From: an uncultured bacterium
GTDB lineage: Bacteria; RBG-13-66-14; B26-G2; WVWN01
NCBI GenBank assembly: GCA_964563535.1
Contig: CAZLXP010000002.1
Location: 20,567-72,921 of the forward strand
Direction: 5' to 3'
DNA: 52,355 nt
Part shown: positions 27,905-37,695 of the stretch, in pieces
Layout of the letters: each line of letters begins with the position of its first letter
Position numbering within the stretch: position 1 is the stretch's first letter
Translations under genes and position numbers: made by a program
The notes under the pieces: generated by a model
Database searches by the model: none
Seen by the model: the letters and a program-made list of their open reading frames with translations, nothing else
What the model was told of the DNA's origin: nothing

Positions 27905-29434
27905 ATGGCGACGCGAGCGGCCTTAATCGCGGTTTACGATAAAACCGGCGCCGTAGAGTTAGCCCGGGGCCTCGTCGAATTGGGTTGCGACGTCATCAGC
28001 ACCGGCGGCACGGCGCGTCGATTGCGCCGGGCCGGCGTTAAGACGGTCGAAGTTGCCGACGTGACGGGATTTCCGGAGATATTAAGCGGCCGCGTTAAAA
28101 CGCTGCACCCGAAAATTTTCGGCGGCATCCTGGCGCGGCCGACCGCGGGCCACCGTCGGCAACTTACGCAACGGCGCATAAAACCTATAGACGTCGTCGC
28201 CGTTAACCTTTATCCGTTCGAGGATACGACGAAAAAAGCCGGCGTCTCGGAAGCCGAGGTTATCGAGCAGATAGACGTCGGCGGCGTCGCGCTCTTGCGG
28301 GCGGGGGGCAAAAATTTCGAACGCGTCGTCGTCTTGTCGTCGCCGTCGCAGTACGCCGAAGCGCTCGAGCGGTTGCGCGCCGGCACCAGCGACCTGGGCT
28401 GGCGCCGCGAGTTGGCGCGGGAGGCTTTTGCGTTGACCGCGCGTTACGACGCCGCCGTCGCGGAATATTTCTGCCATCCGGCGCCGCGGCGAGGGGCGTT
28501 GGCGGACCACCTGTTATTGTATTATGAGAAAATTACCGATACCGCGTACGGCGAGAACCCTCATCAACGGGCCGCCTTTTACGGCGGAGGCGGCCGGGTT
28601 TTAAAGCAACTGGCCGGGCCGGCGCCCTCGTATAACAACTTCCTGGACCTGGCCGCGGCCGTCGACTTAGTGAACGAGTTCGAGAGGCCCGCCTGCGCCG
28701 TCGTAAAACACAACAGCCCGTGCGGCGTCGCGGTAGCACCGTCGTCGGCCGACGCGTTTCGCCGGGCTTGGGCCGCGGACGCCCTCTCGGCGTACGGCGG
28801 CGTCGTAGCGTTTAACGAGGCCGTAGGCGCCGATGCCGCAGCCGCCATGATGGCCAAGGGCATATATTTCCATATCTGCGCCGCGCCAGCGCTCGAAAAA
28901 GGCGTGGTGGAGTACTTGCGCGGCGCCAAGAGTTGGACCGATCGCTTGCGGATATACGCCGGGAAATACGCGCGGCCTCGCCTCGAGTACCGCAGCGCTC
29001 TGGGCGGCCTTTTGGCTCAGGAAACGGACCGGCGGCCCGCGGCCCGCGACCGATGGGAACAAGTAGCCGGGCCGGAAGTCGGGCCCGACGTCATGGAGGA
29101 TTTGAGGTTCGCCTGGACGGTCGCGAAATACGCCCGTTCCAACGCCGTCGTCGTCGCGAAAGGGCTCGCGACGTTGGCTATAGGGGCTGGGGCGGTGAAC
29201 CGGTTATGGCCCGCGGAGGACGCAGTGCGGCGCGCGGGCGAGACGATGCGCGGCGCCGTCGCGGCTTCGGACGGCTTTTTCCCCAAAACGGATGCGCCGG
29301 AGGCGTTGTGCCGCGCCGGCCTCCGGGCTATAGTCCAACCCGCGGGGTCTAAAGGCGACGAGCGGGTCGTCGAACTCGCGCGCGCGTATGACGTTGCTCT
29401 CTTCTTCGCCGAGAGAAGGCATTTTAGGCATTGA
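27905..29434 (+). CDS. purH: Bifunctional AICAR transformylase / IMP cyclohydrolase
   Basis: 509 aa. ALISVYDKTG-like N-terminus (ALIAVYDKTGAVELA), ISTGGTA, RVKTLHPKI, and C-terminal ...AIVQPAGSKGDE. Confidence 0.93.
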   Translation: MATRAALIAVYDKTGAVELARGLVELGCDVISTGGTARRLRRAGVKTVEVADVTGFPEILSGRVKTLHPKIFGGILARPTAGHRRQLTQRRIKPIDVVAVNLYPFEDTTKKAGVSEAEVIEQIDVGGVALLRAGGKNFERVVVLSSPSQYAEALERLRAGTSDLGWRRELAREAFALTARYDAAVAEYFCHPAPRRGALADHLLLYYEKITDTAYGENPHQRAAFYGGGGRVLKQLAGPAPSYNNFLDLAAAVDLVNEFERPACAVVKHNSPCGVAVAPSSADAFRRAWAADALSAYGGVVAFNEAVGADAAAAMMAKGIYFHICAAPALEKGVVEYLRGAKSWTDRLRIYAGKYARPRLEYRSALGGLLAQETDRRPAARDRWEQVAGPEVGPDVMEDLRFAWTVAKYARSNAVVVAKGLATLAIGAGAVNRLWPAEDAVRRAGETMRGAVAASDGFFPKTDAPEALCRAGLRAIVQPAGSKGDERVVELARAYDVALFFAERRHFRH

Positions 29435-29491
29435 GGCGTTATCGGTCCTTAACGGCCCGGGCGAAGGCCCTATAAAAATCCGGAAGGCAAA

Positions 29492-30796
29492 GTGGGTAAG
29501 AGGACGAGTAAAAAGAAATCGGTACTGGTCATCGGCGGCGGCGGCCGCGAGCACGCGCTGGCGTGGGCTTTTCAAAAGTCGCCGCGGGTGGGGAAGTTAT
29601 TCGTCGCCCCCGGCAACGCGGGCACGGCGCGCATCGCGGAAAACGTGCCGATAAACGAGGGCGACGTCGAGGCGCTGGCGAAATTCGCGCGAAGCGAAAA
29701 GGTCGACCTTACGGTCGTGGGGCCGGAGGCGCCGCTGGGCGAGGGTATCGTAGACCGGTTTCACGCCGTTAAGTTGCCCATATTCGGACCGACCAAACAA
29801 GCCGCGCGCCTGGAATCGTCCAAAATTTTCGCGAAGGACCTTGTCTTGAAGGCGGGTATACCTACGGCGCCGGCGGAGATCTTCGACGACGTCGAGGCCG
29901 CGCGGCGTTATATCGACATAAGCGGCGCGCCGTGCGTAATCAAAGCCGACGGCCTCGCCGCCGGTAAAGGCGTTACGGTCGCCATGACGGAGGAAGAAGC
30001 GTACGCCGCCGTTGACGCGGCTATGGTCGATAAAAACTTCGGCCCGGCGGGAGAACGAATACTTATCGAGGATTACGTCAGCGGCGAAGAGGCATCCATC
30101 CTGGCGGTAACGGACGGCGAACGCGTAGCGGTTATGGTCCCGTCGCAGGACCACAAAAGGTTAAGGGACGGCGACGGCGGCCCCAACACCGGCGGCATGG
30201 GGGCGTACGCGCCGGCGCCCGTAATCGACGGTAAGATGCTCAAGTCCATAACCGAAACCTTTATCGAGCCGGTCGTCGCCGCCCTCGCGGACGCCGGTAC
30301 GCCGTACCAGGGTTGCCTCTACGCCGGCCTAATCGTAGATTTCGAAGGACCTAAGTTACTGGAATTCAATTGCCGCTTCGGCGACCCCGAGGCGCAAGCG
30401 GTGTTACCCTTGCTCCAAGATGACCTCTACGAGGTGTGCGCAGGCGCGGCGGCCGGTGAACTAAAAGTGAACCGTTTCGAGTGGGACACGGGCGCGGCCG
30501 TGAGCGTCGTCGCCGCGTCGAAAGGTTATCCCGGCCCGTACGAGAAAGGCCGCGTGATCAAGGGATTGGATAAGGTCGCCCAAATGGACGACGTGATCGT
30601 TTTCCACGCGGGTACCGCCCAGGAAGGTGATAAGATAGTAACCGCCGGCGGAAGGGTATTGGCCGTAACCGGCCTCGGCGTCACCGTCGCCGACGCCATG
30701 GCCAAGGCGTACGGCGCCATGGACCTCGTACGGTTCGCCGGTATGCAATACCGGCGCGACATCGGCCATAAGGCCATAGCGCGCCATAGGGGATAA
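29492..30796 (+). CDS. purD: Phosphoribosylamine--glycine ligase
   Basis: 434 aa, GTG start. VLVIGGGGREHALAW, VIKADGLAAGKGV, EFNCRFGDPE. Confidence 0.93.
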   Translation: MGKRTSKKKSVLVIGGGGREHALAWAFQKSPRVGKLFVAPGNAGTARIAENVPINEGDVEALAKFARSEKVDLTVVGPEAPLGEGIVDRFHAVKLPIFGPTKQAARLESSKIFAKDLVLKAGIPTAPAEIFDDVEAARRYIDISGAPCVIKADGLAAGKGVTVAMTEEEAYAAVDAAMVDKNFGPAGERILIEDYVSGEEASILAVTDGERVAVMVPSQDHKRLRDGDGGPNTGGMGAYAPAPVIDGKMLKSITETFIEPVVAALADAGTPYQGCLYAGLIVDFEGPKLLEFNCRFGDPEAQAVLPLLQDDLYEVCAGAAAGELKVNRFEWDTGAAVSVVAASKGYPGPYEKGRVIKGLDKVAQMDDVIVFHAGTAQEGDKIVTAGGRVLAVTGLGVTVADAMAKAYGAMDLVRFAGMQYRRDIGHKAIARHRG

Positions 30797-30803
30797 GGAG
30801 AAT

Positions 30804-31298
30804 ATGGCCGAAGAAACGTTAGTGGGTATTTTAATTGGAAGCGATTCCGACGCCGAGACTATGAAGGCGGCCACGGCGACGTTGGAGGAGTTGGGAATCG
30901 GGTACGATTTTCACGTCGCTTCGGCGCACCGGACGCCGGACCGAGTAAAGGCCTACGTTGATGACGCTCCGGCGCGGGGTATAAGGGTATTCATTTGCGC
31001 CGCGGGGATGGCGGCGCATCTGAGCGGCGCCGTCGCGGCGCAAACGGACTTGCCGGTAATCGGCGTCCCTATGCCGGGCGGGGTGGCCGACGGCCTGGAC
31101 GCGTTGCTGTCGACGGTTCAAATGCCGGCGGGGGTGCCGGTCGCGACCGTGGCGGTCGGTAGGGCCGGGGCAACTAACGCCGCGTTGTTGGCCGCTCGAA
31201 TTCTAGCCCTCCAAGATGAAAAAATCCGCGCCAAACTTCGCGCGTACCGCGAGAAGATGGCGGCCGCGGCCGGGACGCTGGAAGACCAGGCACGGTAA
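30804..31298 (+). CDS. purE: N5-carboxyaminoimidazole ribonucleotide mutase (class I PurE)
   Basis: 164 aa. GSDSD, SAHRTP, and [10 protein letters not shown] (class I type loop rather than the class II SN.LG type). Confidence 0.9.
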   Translation: MAEETLVGILIGSDSDAETMKAATATLEELGIGYDFHVASAHRTPDRVKAYVDDAPARGIRVFICAAGMAAHLSGAVAAQTDLPVIGVPMPGGVADGLDALLSTVQMPAGVPVATVAVGRAGATNAALLAARILALQDEKIRAKLRAYREKMAAAAGTLEDQAR

Positions 31299-31302
31299 AA
31301 TT

Positions 31303-31974
31303 TTGGTGGAAATAGTCAAATTGGACAAGGTGGGAGTGGCGGGTGCGGTGGGCTTAGCGGCCGCCGCGCTCAACGCGGGGCACCTGGTAATTATTCCTAC
31401 CGATACCGTCTACGGCTTGACGGCCGCGGTTTTTAAACCGACCGATATCCCTAAAATACGAGACGGTTATGAGGCGGCGCCGTGGCGCGGGCCGGCTAGT
31501 AAACTTTACGCCGTCAAAGGCCGGCCCCGACGGCAACCGTCGATAGTTTTGGCCCCCGATTGGCAATACGCCCGCATGCTTACGCGCCAGGACTTGGGCG
31601 AGATCGAAGAATTTTGCCGACTAGTACCTAACCCGGTTTCGGTTATTGTAAACGCGAAATGGGGTTGGCGGCCGCCGCTGGCCAACGGCCGCGGCGGCAT
31701 CGCCTTACGGGTGCCCAAAGGCGGCCTCGTCAAAATTATCTTAAAATTCTGCAAGTTCGCGTATTCGGTTAGCGCCAATTACCCGCGCGCCGAAGACCCT
31801 TACCTCTTAGACCTCGTGCCCGGCCATATATTGAAACAGGCGGCACTTGCCGTCGACGCCGGGTCTTCGCCTTTGCGAAAGCCTTCCTTTGTAGTAGATT
31901 TTACGGTCGAGCCGGCGAATCCCGTGCGAGGGGGCAAAGAGCTCGAGGAGGCGTTAACGCGTTTTTGGAAGTGA
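31303..31974 (+). CDS. tsaC: L-threonylcarbamoyladenylate synthase (TsaC/YrdC/Sua5 domain)
   Basis: ...LNAGHLVIIPTDTVYGLTA...AVKGRP... is the YrdC-domain signature. The start was chosen as TTG/GTG at 31303/31306, just after the purE stop. The tracked 31216 start overlaps purE. Confidence 0.8.
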   Translation: MVEIVKLDKVGVAGAVGLAAAALNAGHLVIIPTDTVYGLTAAVFKPTDIPKIRDGYEAAPWRGPASKLYAVKGRPRRQPSIVLAPDWQYARMLTRQDLGEIEEFCRLVPNPVSVIVNAKWGWRPPLANGRGGIALRVPKGGLVKIILKFCKFAYSVSANYPRAEDPYLLDLVPGHILKQAALAVDAGSSPLRKPSFVVDFTVEPANPVRGGKELEEALTRFWK

Positions 31975-32594
31975 ACGACGAAACCGCAATATATGCGCTA
32001 ATCCATAAAAAACCGGCCGGTTTTTTGTTCGTGTTTACGGGTCCGTCGGGCGCCGGCAAATCGACCATCTGCCGGGCCATTTTAGCGGACGACTCGAGCA
32101 TTCGGTTTTCGGTATCCCACACGACGCGGCGGCCCCGCCCGGACGAGGTCGACGGCCGAGACTATTTTTTTGTCTCCGAGGAACGGTTCGGGTCGATGTT
32201 AAAGGAAGGGTGGTTCGTGGAACACGCTACCGTCCACGGTCATCGTTACGGCACGTCCCGCGACCAGCTCGAGGAAAAGCTCCGCGACGGCGACGTGCTT
32301 TTGGACGTCGACGTCCAGGGGGCGAGCCAGCTGCGGATGCGTTACCCCGCGGCCGCGTCGGTTTTTATCCTCCCGCCCTCCATCGAAGAGTTGCGCGCCC
32401 GGTTGATCGCCAGAAAATACAACGCCCCGGCCGACATTGAGCGTCGGCTCGCTCAAGCGAGGATTGAGGTCCGGGCCGCGGTAGACTTCGACTATTTCGT
32501 CGTCAACGACCGTTTGGAAGATGCAGTCGGTGCGGCCAAATGTATAATAGCGGCCGAACGCCGGCGCCTTAGCAGGAGGCTCCCGGGCCCATGA
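31965..32594 (+). CDS. gmk: Guanylate kinase
   Basis: 209 aa. GPSGAGKST P-loop, FSVSHTTRRPR..E..G.DYFFV. TTG start at 31965 or GTG at 31971. Confidence 0.9.
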   Translation: MEVNDETAIYALIHKKPAGFLFVFTGPSGAGKSTICRAILADDSSIRFSVSHTTRRPRPDEVDGRDYFFVSEERFGSMLKEGWFVEHATVHGHRYGTSRDQLEEKLRDGDVLLDVDVQGASQLRMRYPAAASVFILPPSIEELRARLIARKYNAPADIERRLAQARIEVRAAVDFDYFVVNDRLEDAVGAAKCIIAAERRRLSRRLPGP

Positions 32595-33778
32595 AAGTCA
32601 TATTGGGGGTAACCGCCAGCGTGGCCATTTATAAAGCCGCCGAGCTCGCGCGCCTTTTGATGGGCGAAGGGGCGGAGGTAACGGCCGTGATGACGCCGAA
32701 CGCCACCAAGCTCGTCGACCCGCGCCTTTTCGACGCCGTAACCGGCCGGCCCGCCATAACGGACTTGTTCGCCCGCGAATACGCCTTTGCGCACCTGGAA
32801 ACGGCGCGCGGGGCCGACGCTTTCGCCGTGGTGCCGGCTACCGCCAACGTATTGGCGAAACTTGCCGCGGGTTTAGCCGACGACGCCCTTACGACCGTAG
32901 CCCTCGCCGTCGAATGCGGCCGCCTCGTCGCACCCGCGATGAACCCCAATATGTGGCGCAAACCCGAGGTCCAGCGCAACGTATCGACGCTGCGCGAATT
33001 CGGTTACGTCATAGTTCCCCCCGGAGAGGGGCGGGCGGCGTGCGGCGACGTCGGCGTCGGAAGGTTGGCGGACGTGGCGGTAATAGCCGAGGACATTTTA
33101 AGGTTAGCGCACGATAGGACGCCGATGGACGCCAAAGCCGTCGTCGTTACCGCGGGGCCGACCCGCGAGCGCTTTGACGCCGTTCGCGTCCTCACTAATT
33201 CTTCAACCGGTTTAATGGGATACGAGGTCGCGAGGCGGGCCGCCCGCCGCGGGGCCGCGGTAACGCTGATTTCAACCGTCGACGACGAGCTGGTTCCTTT
33301 GGGAAGCGCGGTCCACGTACGGCGAGTTGAATCGGCCGCGGAAATGCTTACAGCTACGGCCGAGGAGTTCGAACAGGCCGACGCGTTGGTCATGGCGGCT
33401 GCCGTTTCCGATTACCGGTTTGAGGAGTCGTACGAGTATAAAATTAAGAAAACCAAGGAGAAAATAAATACCATATTAGTTCCTACAGTAGATATATTAT
33501 CTAAGGTGGCTGGGAATAAGGGAGATAAACTAATTATAGGTTTTGCGGCCGAAACGGATAATTTAGTTGAAAATGCTAGGGATAAATTACTGAAGAAAAA
33601 GGTAGATATAATCGTCGGGAACATAATAGGCCGTGCAGGCGTCGGATTCGGGGCCGAATACGCGGAAGCGGTAATCGTTACCCGCGGCGGCGTAGACGAG
33701 TTGGGGAAAATAACGAAGGCGGCACTAGCCGAAAAAATCCTCGACCAACTCGAGCGTTTGTGGGGCGGCGGCGGATGA
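32591..33778 (+). CDS. coaBC: Bifunctional phosphopantothenoylcysteine decarboxylase / phosphopantothenate--cysteine ligase
   Basis: 395 aa. CoaC half (ILGVTASVAIYKA, PAMN..MW) and CoaB half (VVVTAGPTRE..D.VR.L.N.S.G, AAAVSDYR, GFAAET). The ATG overlaps the gmk TGA. Confidence 0.92.
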   Translation: MKVILGVTASVAIYKAAELARLLMGEGAEVTAVMTPNATKLVDPRLFDAVTGRPAITDLFAREYAFAHLETARGADAFAVVPATANVLAKLAAGLADDALTTVALAVECGRLVAPAMNPNMWRKPEVQRNVSTLREFGYVIVPPGEGRAACGDVGVGRLADVAVIAEDILRLAHDRTPMDAKAVVVTAGPTRERFDAVRVLTNSSTGLMGYEVARRAARRGAAVTLISTVDDELVPLGSAVHVRRVESAAEMLTATAEEFEQADALVMAAAVSDYRFEESYEYKIKKTKEKINTILVPTVDILSKVAGNKGDKLIIGFAAETDNLVENARDKLLKKKVDIIVGNIIGRAGVGFGAEYAEAVIVTRGGVDELGKITKAALAEKILDQLERLWGGGG

Positions 33779-34470
33779 AGTCGAAGCGACTAGCGAAGGC
33801 CCTGGCGGAAAATCTGCTTGCGTTGGGCGTCAACGAGATAGTTACCGAGGCCGAGGCTTCGGCTATACTGGCGAATTATGGCGAAGGTACGGCGAGTCCG
33901 GAGGGAGAAGACCTTAGCCGCGAAGCGACGATAAGAAGGGAAGCCGAGATAGTGGGTAAGTGCCGGGCGTGTAGCTTAGGTTTCCAACGCGCTCACGCCG
34001 TATACGGCGACGGCAACGAGTTCGCCGAAATAATGTTCGTGGGGGAAGCGCCGGGAGCGGAAGAAGACCGTCAAGGTTTGCCCTTCGTCGGGAGGGCCGG
34101 GCAACTGTTAAACCGTTTGCTTGAGCAAGTGGGTTTGAAGCGGTCCGAGGTTTATATTTGCAACCTCTTGAAGTGCCGCCCGCCCGAGAACCGAGACCCC
34201 TTGCCGGAAGAGCTCGCGGCCTGCCGGCCGTATCTGGACAAACAAATCACGATTATTAAATCGCGGATTATCGTATGTTTGGGGCTTTACGCCGCCCAGG
34301 CGATACTCGATACCAAAGAGGCTATGGCGCGGCTGCGGGGCGCGCAGCATAAGATCGGCGATACGGTCATCATACCGACGTACCACACGGCCGCGGCTTT
34401 GCGATTTCCGGCGTTTAAACAACAAATATACGACGACCTGTGTCGCGCCCGCGACCTCGCTTACGGCTAA
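33775..34470 (+). CDS. Uracil-DNA glycosylase, family 4
   Basis: C..C.L ... GEAPGAEEDRQGLPFVGRAGQLL ... YHTAAALR are family-4 UDG motifs. The ATG at 33775 overlaps the coaBC TGA (ATGA). Confidence 0.88.
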   Translation: MKSKRLAKALAENLLALGVNEIVTEAEASAILANYGEGTASPEGEDLSREATIRREAEIVGKCRACSLGFQRAHAVYGDGNEFAEIMFVGEAPGAEEDRQGLPFVGRAGQLLNRLLEQVGLKRSEVYICNLLKCRPPENRDPLPEELAACRPYLDKQITIIKSRIIVCLGLYAAQAILDTKEAMARLRGAQHKIGDTVIIPTYHTAAALRFPAFKQQIYDDLCRARDLAYG

Positions 34471-34491
34471 GACGGCCCCCCGACGCCGGCG

Positions 34492-35490
34492 ATGGCAGGC
34501 GCGAACAATCAAATACGGGTTAACCGGCGCGAACGGTACGCTGCGGCCTTAGCGGCCGCCGTCCTCGCGTTTTTTTATTTCGCGTTGAGGTCCCAGAACC
34601 ACCCCGTCGACGCCGTCCTATACGCGCTCGCGGTCGACGTAAAGGACGCGTACCCCTTTTTCCGCTGGCACCATCCTCTATAAACGCCGCTAAGCTGGCT
34701 CGTTTTGAATTTCGCCCGCGTATTTGGTTACGGCGGCGACGCGGTTTTCATGGCCCATGTCGACGCTAATTATTGGATCGATTACTTGAGCCGACATACG
34801 CGGACCTTACCCAGCCCGCAGCCGTTCTGCCAGCCGCCCCCGGACGCCGCGGCTAAGCTCGCATACGCGGCCCGTCGCGGATTCCCGGAATATACCGGGC
34901 GAGGGGCGGCCCTGTATTTCACCGACTTCGAATGGGATGACCCGTATTTATTTGGTAGCGCCGGCGCGAACGAACCGAAGGTAATTCTCTTCAAAATGAT
35001 GACAAGGGCGGAACCGGTTACGACGTTACGATTCCCGGGAGGCGGCAGGGTCTTATACCGGTTTAAGGCATATGGCGAAGATATCGCCGACGTCGCGATA
35101 TACGAGGCCGAAGGCGGCGACGGTTCCTCCGACCGCGCCGTGCTGTCGTATACGGGTGCTTCGGTCGCCGTCAACGTCGACGTTCATAAAAAGGGGCCGT
35201 ACATACTGGCGGTTCAAGCGAGCGGCAGACAAGCCGAGGGCGCATGGCCGGTAATGGAGGTCGCGGTCGACGGAAAGTGGTTTGGGAGAACCGCCGTCGA
35301 CGCGCCGTTTTGACGATTTTACGAGATGAGGTGCGATTTCAACGCGGGTACTCATTCCGTGAAAATCACTTTCCTTAACGACTATTGCGACCCGGCGGCC
35401 GGAAGCGACCGCGACTTGTACGTGAACCGTATAATAGTTTACCGCCCCGAGGCCCGCGGAATTAACTTCGCCTTAAGAGGCGTCGACTGA
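34492..35490 (+). pseudogene. Decayed gene: one reading frame broken by TAA (34681) and TGA (35311), ending in a carbohydrate-binding-module-like domain
   Basis: ORFs 34492..34683, 34705..35313 and the untracked continuation 35314..35490 are all in the same frame. The continuation reads RFYEMRCDFNAGTHSVKITFLNDYCDPAAGSDRDLYVNRIIVY. Together with the preceding WPVMEVAVDGKWFGRTAVDAPF it forms a CBM-like module (ND...DR(N/D)LYV pattern) with the TGA at a position where W is expected. Confidence 0.55.
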
Positions 35491-35609
35491 TACGTTCAAA
35501 AAGAACCGCCGGAACGCGGGCCATAAGGCGACGGAGGCCGTAAATGCTTTAATGTCAACGGCTTAGGTCAAGTTATTAGGCTTTGACGCGTTAATGGAAG
35601 AGGTTTTTA

Positions 35610-35618
35610 TGTTATAAT
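35610..35618 (+). promoter_or_regulatory. Extended -10 promoter element (TGTTATAAT)
   Basis: TGnTATAAT match at 35610..35618, about 68 nt upstream of the GTG at 35686. There is no good -35. Confidence 0.4.
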
Positions 35619-35685
35619 CCAGAGATACGACGTCGCGGCCGTCCGAGATAGTTGTGGCTAGGGCGCGATCCCACGGTAAAAAGCC

Positions 35686-36195
35686 GTGACCGAAAGGACT
35701 ACCTACATATTTGGCCGCGAACGGTATCCGGCAAAGACGGTTATTTGGGTAACCGTGGTCACCGCGCTGCCTCCCGTTTTGGGTTTTTGGGGAACGTTTG
35801 ACATCGCCCGGGGTTTTTTCGCGAGCGCCTACTTGGCGCTATGCGTATTTTGGTACGTAATCATCCAGCCTAAGTTGGTTTGCACCAGCTGCGCCTATTA
35901 CGACGGCGTGTGCGCCCGCGGCCTCGGTAAGGTATCCGCGTTATTGTATCGCGCCGGCCCGGGCAACGGCGTATGGGGAACAAGGCTCGGGCGCATATTC
36001 TGGTCCTATTGGTACGCGGGCGTCCCGGCCTTAGGGTTTTTATACCTACTAATATTCCGTTTTTCGTGGGCGACGGTAATTTTCGCCGCGGCGTTTTTCG
36101 CGACGGTTGCTTTGGCCTTCTTTGTCGGACGTAATTATTGTTGCGTCGGTTGCCTCGTCCGGAACAGTTGCCGGCGTTCGCCTTTTCGGGAGTAA
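35686..36195 (+). CDS. Hypothetical Cys-rich membrane protein
   Basis: 169 aa with 4 hydrophobic segments. CTSCAYYDGVC and CCVGCLVRNSC clusters. GTG start without an obvious RBS. Confidence 0.5.
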   Translation: MTERTTYIFGRERYPAKTVIWVTVVTALPPVLGFWGTFDIARGFFASAYLALCVFWYVIIQPKLVCTSCAYYDGVCARGLGKVSALLYRAGPGNGVWGTRLGRIFWSYWYAGVPALGFLYLLIFRFSWATVIFAAAFFATVALAFFVGRNYCCVGCLVRNSCRRSPFRE

Positions 36196-36213
36196 AACGA
36201 GAGGAGTTGTTTA

Positions 36214-37674
36214 ATGGCGTCGGGTATCGTTCGGTACCTGGATGGAGTCGAAGCGAATCTCGAGGCGCTTCACGCCGCCGAGGGCGAAGACGTCTTCAAC
36301 CTTTACTATAAGCACGCGGACGTCGATACGGCCGCCCACGAAAAAAAACGGCGCGACGCGTTATTGGCGCCGGAGGTAGCTCGCGCGTGTGAAGAAGTCT
36401 TGTCGGGGAAAGGCGACGCCCGGTCAAAGAGGCGGGCCAAGATAATTTTGGACTGGGTGACGCAGGCGCGGGCCGAAACCGACGAGATCATCGACCTTAA
36501 AAACGATATCCAAAAAATAGTCATCAACGTTAAGCCGACGTTGGACGGCGAGGAGATCCCGCGCCACTTAAAGACCGATATACTTTTAAAGGAAAACGAC
36601 CGCGCGAAAAGGCGTCGCGCCTTCGAATCGGAGGGTAAACTTCGGCAGGAACTACGTGAACGCGCGCGGCGGCTCTACCGGCTACGCAACGAAGCGGCGC
36701 AAACGCTGGGGTACGACGGTTATCCTTCGCTCACCTTGGCGGCCGAAGACCTAACGGTCGCCGAACTCACCGACATTTTCGACAGGTACGAACAGGCGAC
36801 GCGGGCCCCGTACGAGGAGCTTATGGCGGAAGGCGCCGACCGCTTCGGCTTAGCTCGCGTTGAGCCTTGGGACCTGAATTACGTTACTGATAAAATCTGT
36901 TCGCCCGACGATAAGTATTTCCCGAGAGAAGCGGCCTTGCCATCCTTGGCCGAGGTCGTTAAAAACTTCGGCCGCGACCTTGGGGCCATGGGGATCGCGA
37001 TACACGACGACGCCGATATCCCGTACGGCGGCTTGTGTTTTGACATCCGGGTTCCCGACGACGTGCGTATTTTACTAAATCTGAAAGACGGCATGTCGGA
37101 CCTGCGGGTGTTGTATCACGAGTTCGGCCACGCGGTTCATCGGAAATTTACGGCCACGGAAAATTTCGCGCTCAAGGTCGGCGACGCCGGCTTTTTCGCC
37201 GAGGCGATGGCCGATACCTGGGGATTATTCATCGATACCCCCGCCTGGCTCCGCTTCTTTACGAAGATGCCGGAAGAGGAGATAGCGCGCGTGCAAGCCG
37301 CGGCGGAGAGGTCTTTCGCGGCCCGGATTCGGCGGTTCATGGCGGCCCAAAGCTTCGAGCTGGACGCGTATCGCGACGCCGACGGCGACCTCGCCGCGGC
37401 GCTGGACGCCCAGACCGAACGGTTTCTCGGGTACCGCTACGGCGACGACGGGATGTGGGCCGAGCAGTATTTCCCTTTACTCTATCCTATGTACAGCAAG
37501 AACTACATGCTCGCGCGGGTCATCCAGCGCGCCGTTTACGACCACCTCAAACGCGAATACGGTGAACCGCTGGGCAAGCCCCAGGCCTTCGAATTTTTAA
37601 TAAACCAATTCTACGCCGACGGCGCCTTACGTACGTGGAAGGAAAAGCTGGCCGCCGTTGGATTGGACCTTTGA
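36214..37674 (+). CDS. M3-family zinc metallopeptidase (oligoendopeptidase F-like)
   Basis: 486 aa. HEFGHAVH zinc motif in an M3-like context. GAGAGGAG RBS. Confidence 0.75.
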   Translation: MASGIVRYLDGVEANLEALHAAEGEDVFNLYYKHADVDTAAHEKKRRDALLAPEVARACEEVLSGKGDARSKRRAKIILDWVTQARAETDEIIDLKNDIQKIVINVKPTLDGEEIPRHLKTDILLKENDRAKRRRAFESEGKLRQELRERARRLYRLRNEAAQTLGYDGYPSLTLAAEDLTVAELTDIFDRYEQATRAPYEELMAEGADRFGLARVEPWDLNYVTDKICSPDDKYFPREAALPSLAEVVKNFGRDLGAMGIAIHDDADIPYGGLCFDIRVPDDVRILLNLKDGMSDLRVLYHEFGHAVHRKFTATENFALKVGDAGFFAEAMADTWGLFIDTPAWLRFFTKMPEEEIARVQAAAERSFAARIRRFMAAQSFELDAYRDADGDLAAALDAQTERFLGYRYGDDGMWAEQYFPLLYPMYSKNYMLARVIQRAVYDHLKREYGEPLGKPQAFEFLINQFYADGALRTWKEKLAAVGLDL

Positions 37675-37695
37675 CGAGCGCGGGGCGTCAGGGCG

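Noticed and set aside
35311-35313. In-frame TGA as recoding (UGA=Trp/Gly alternative code or selenocysteine).
   Set aside because: TGA clearly terminates other well-defined genes here (gltX, kdsA, kdsD, coaBC, the LpoB-like gene). The same frame also carries an in-frame TAA. The position is not Cys-like, and no SECIS-type hairpin is evident. A pseudogene is the simpler explanation.
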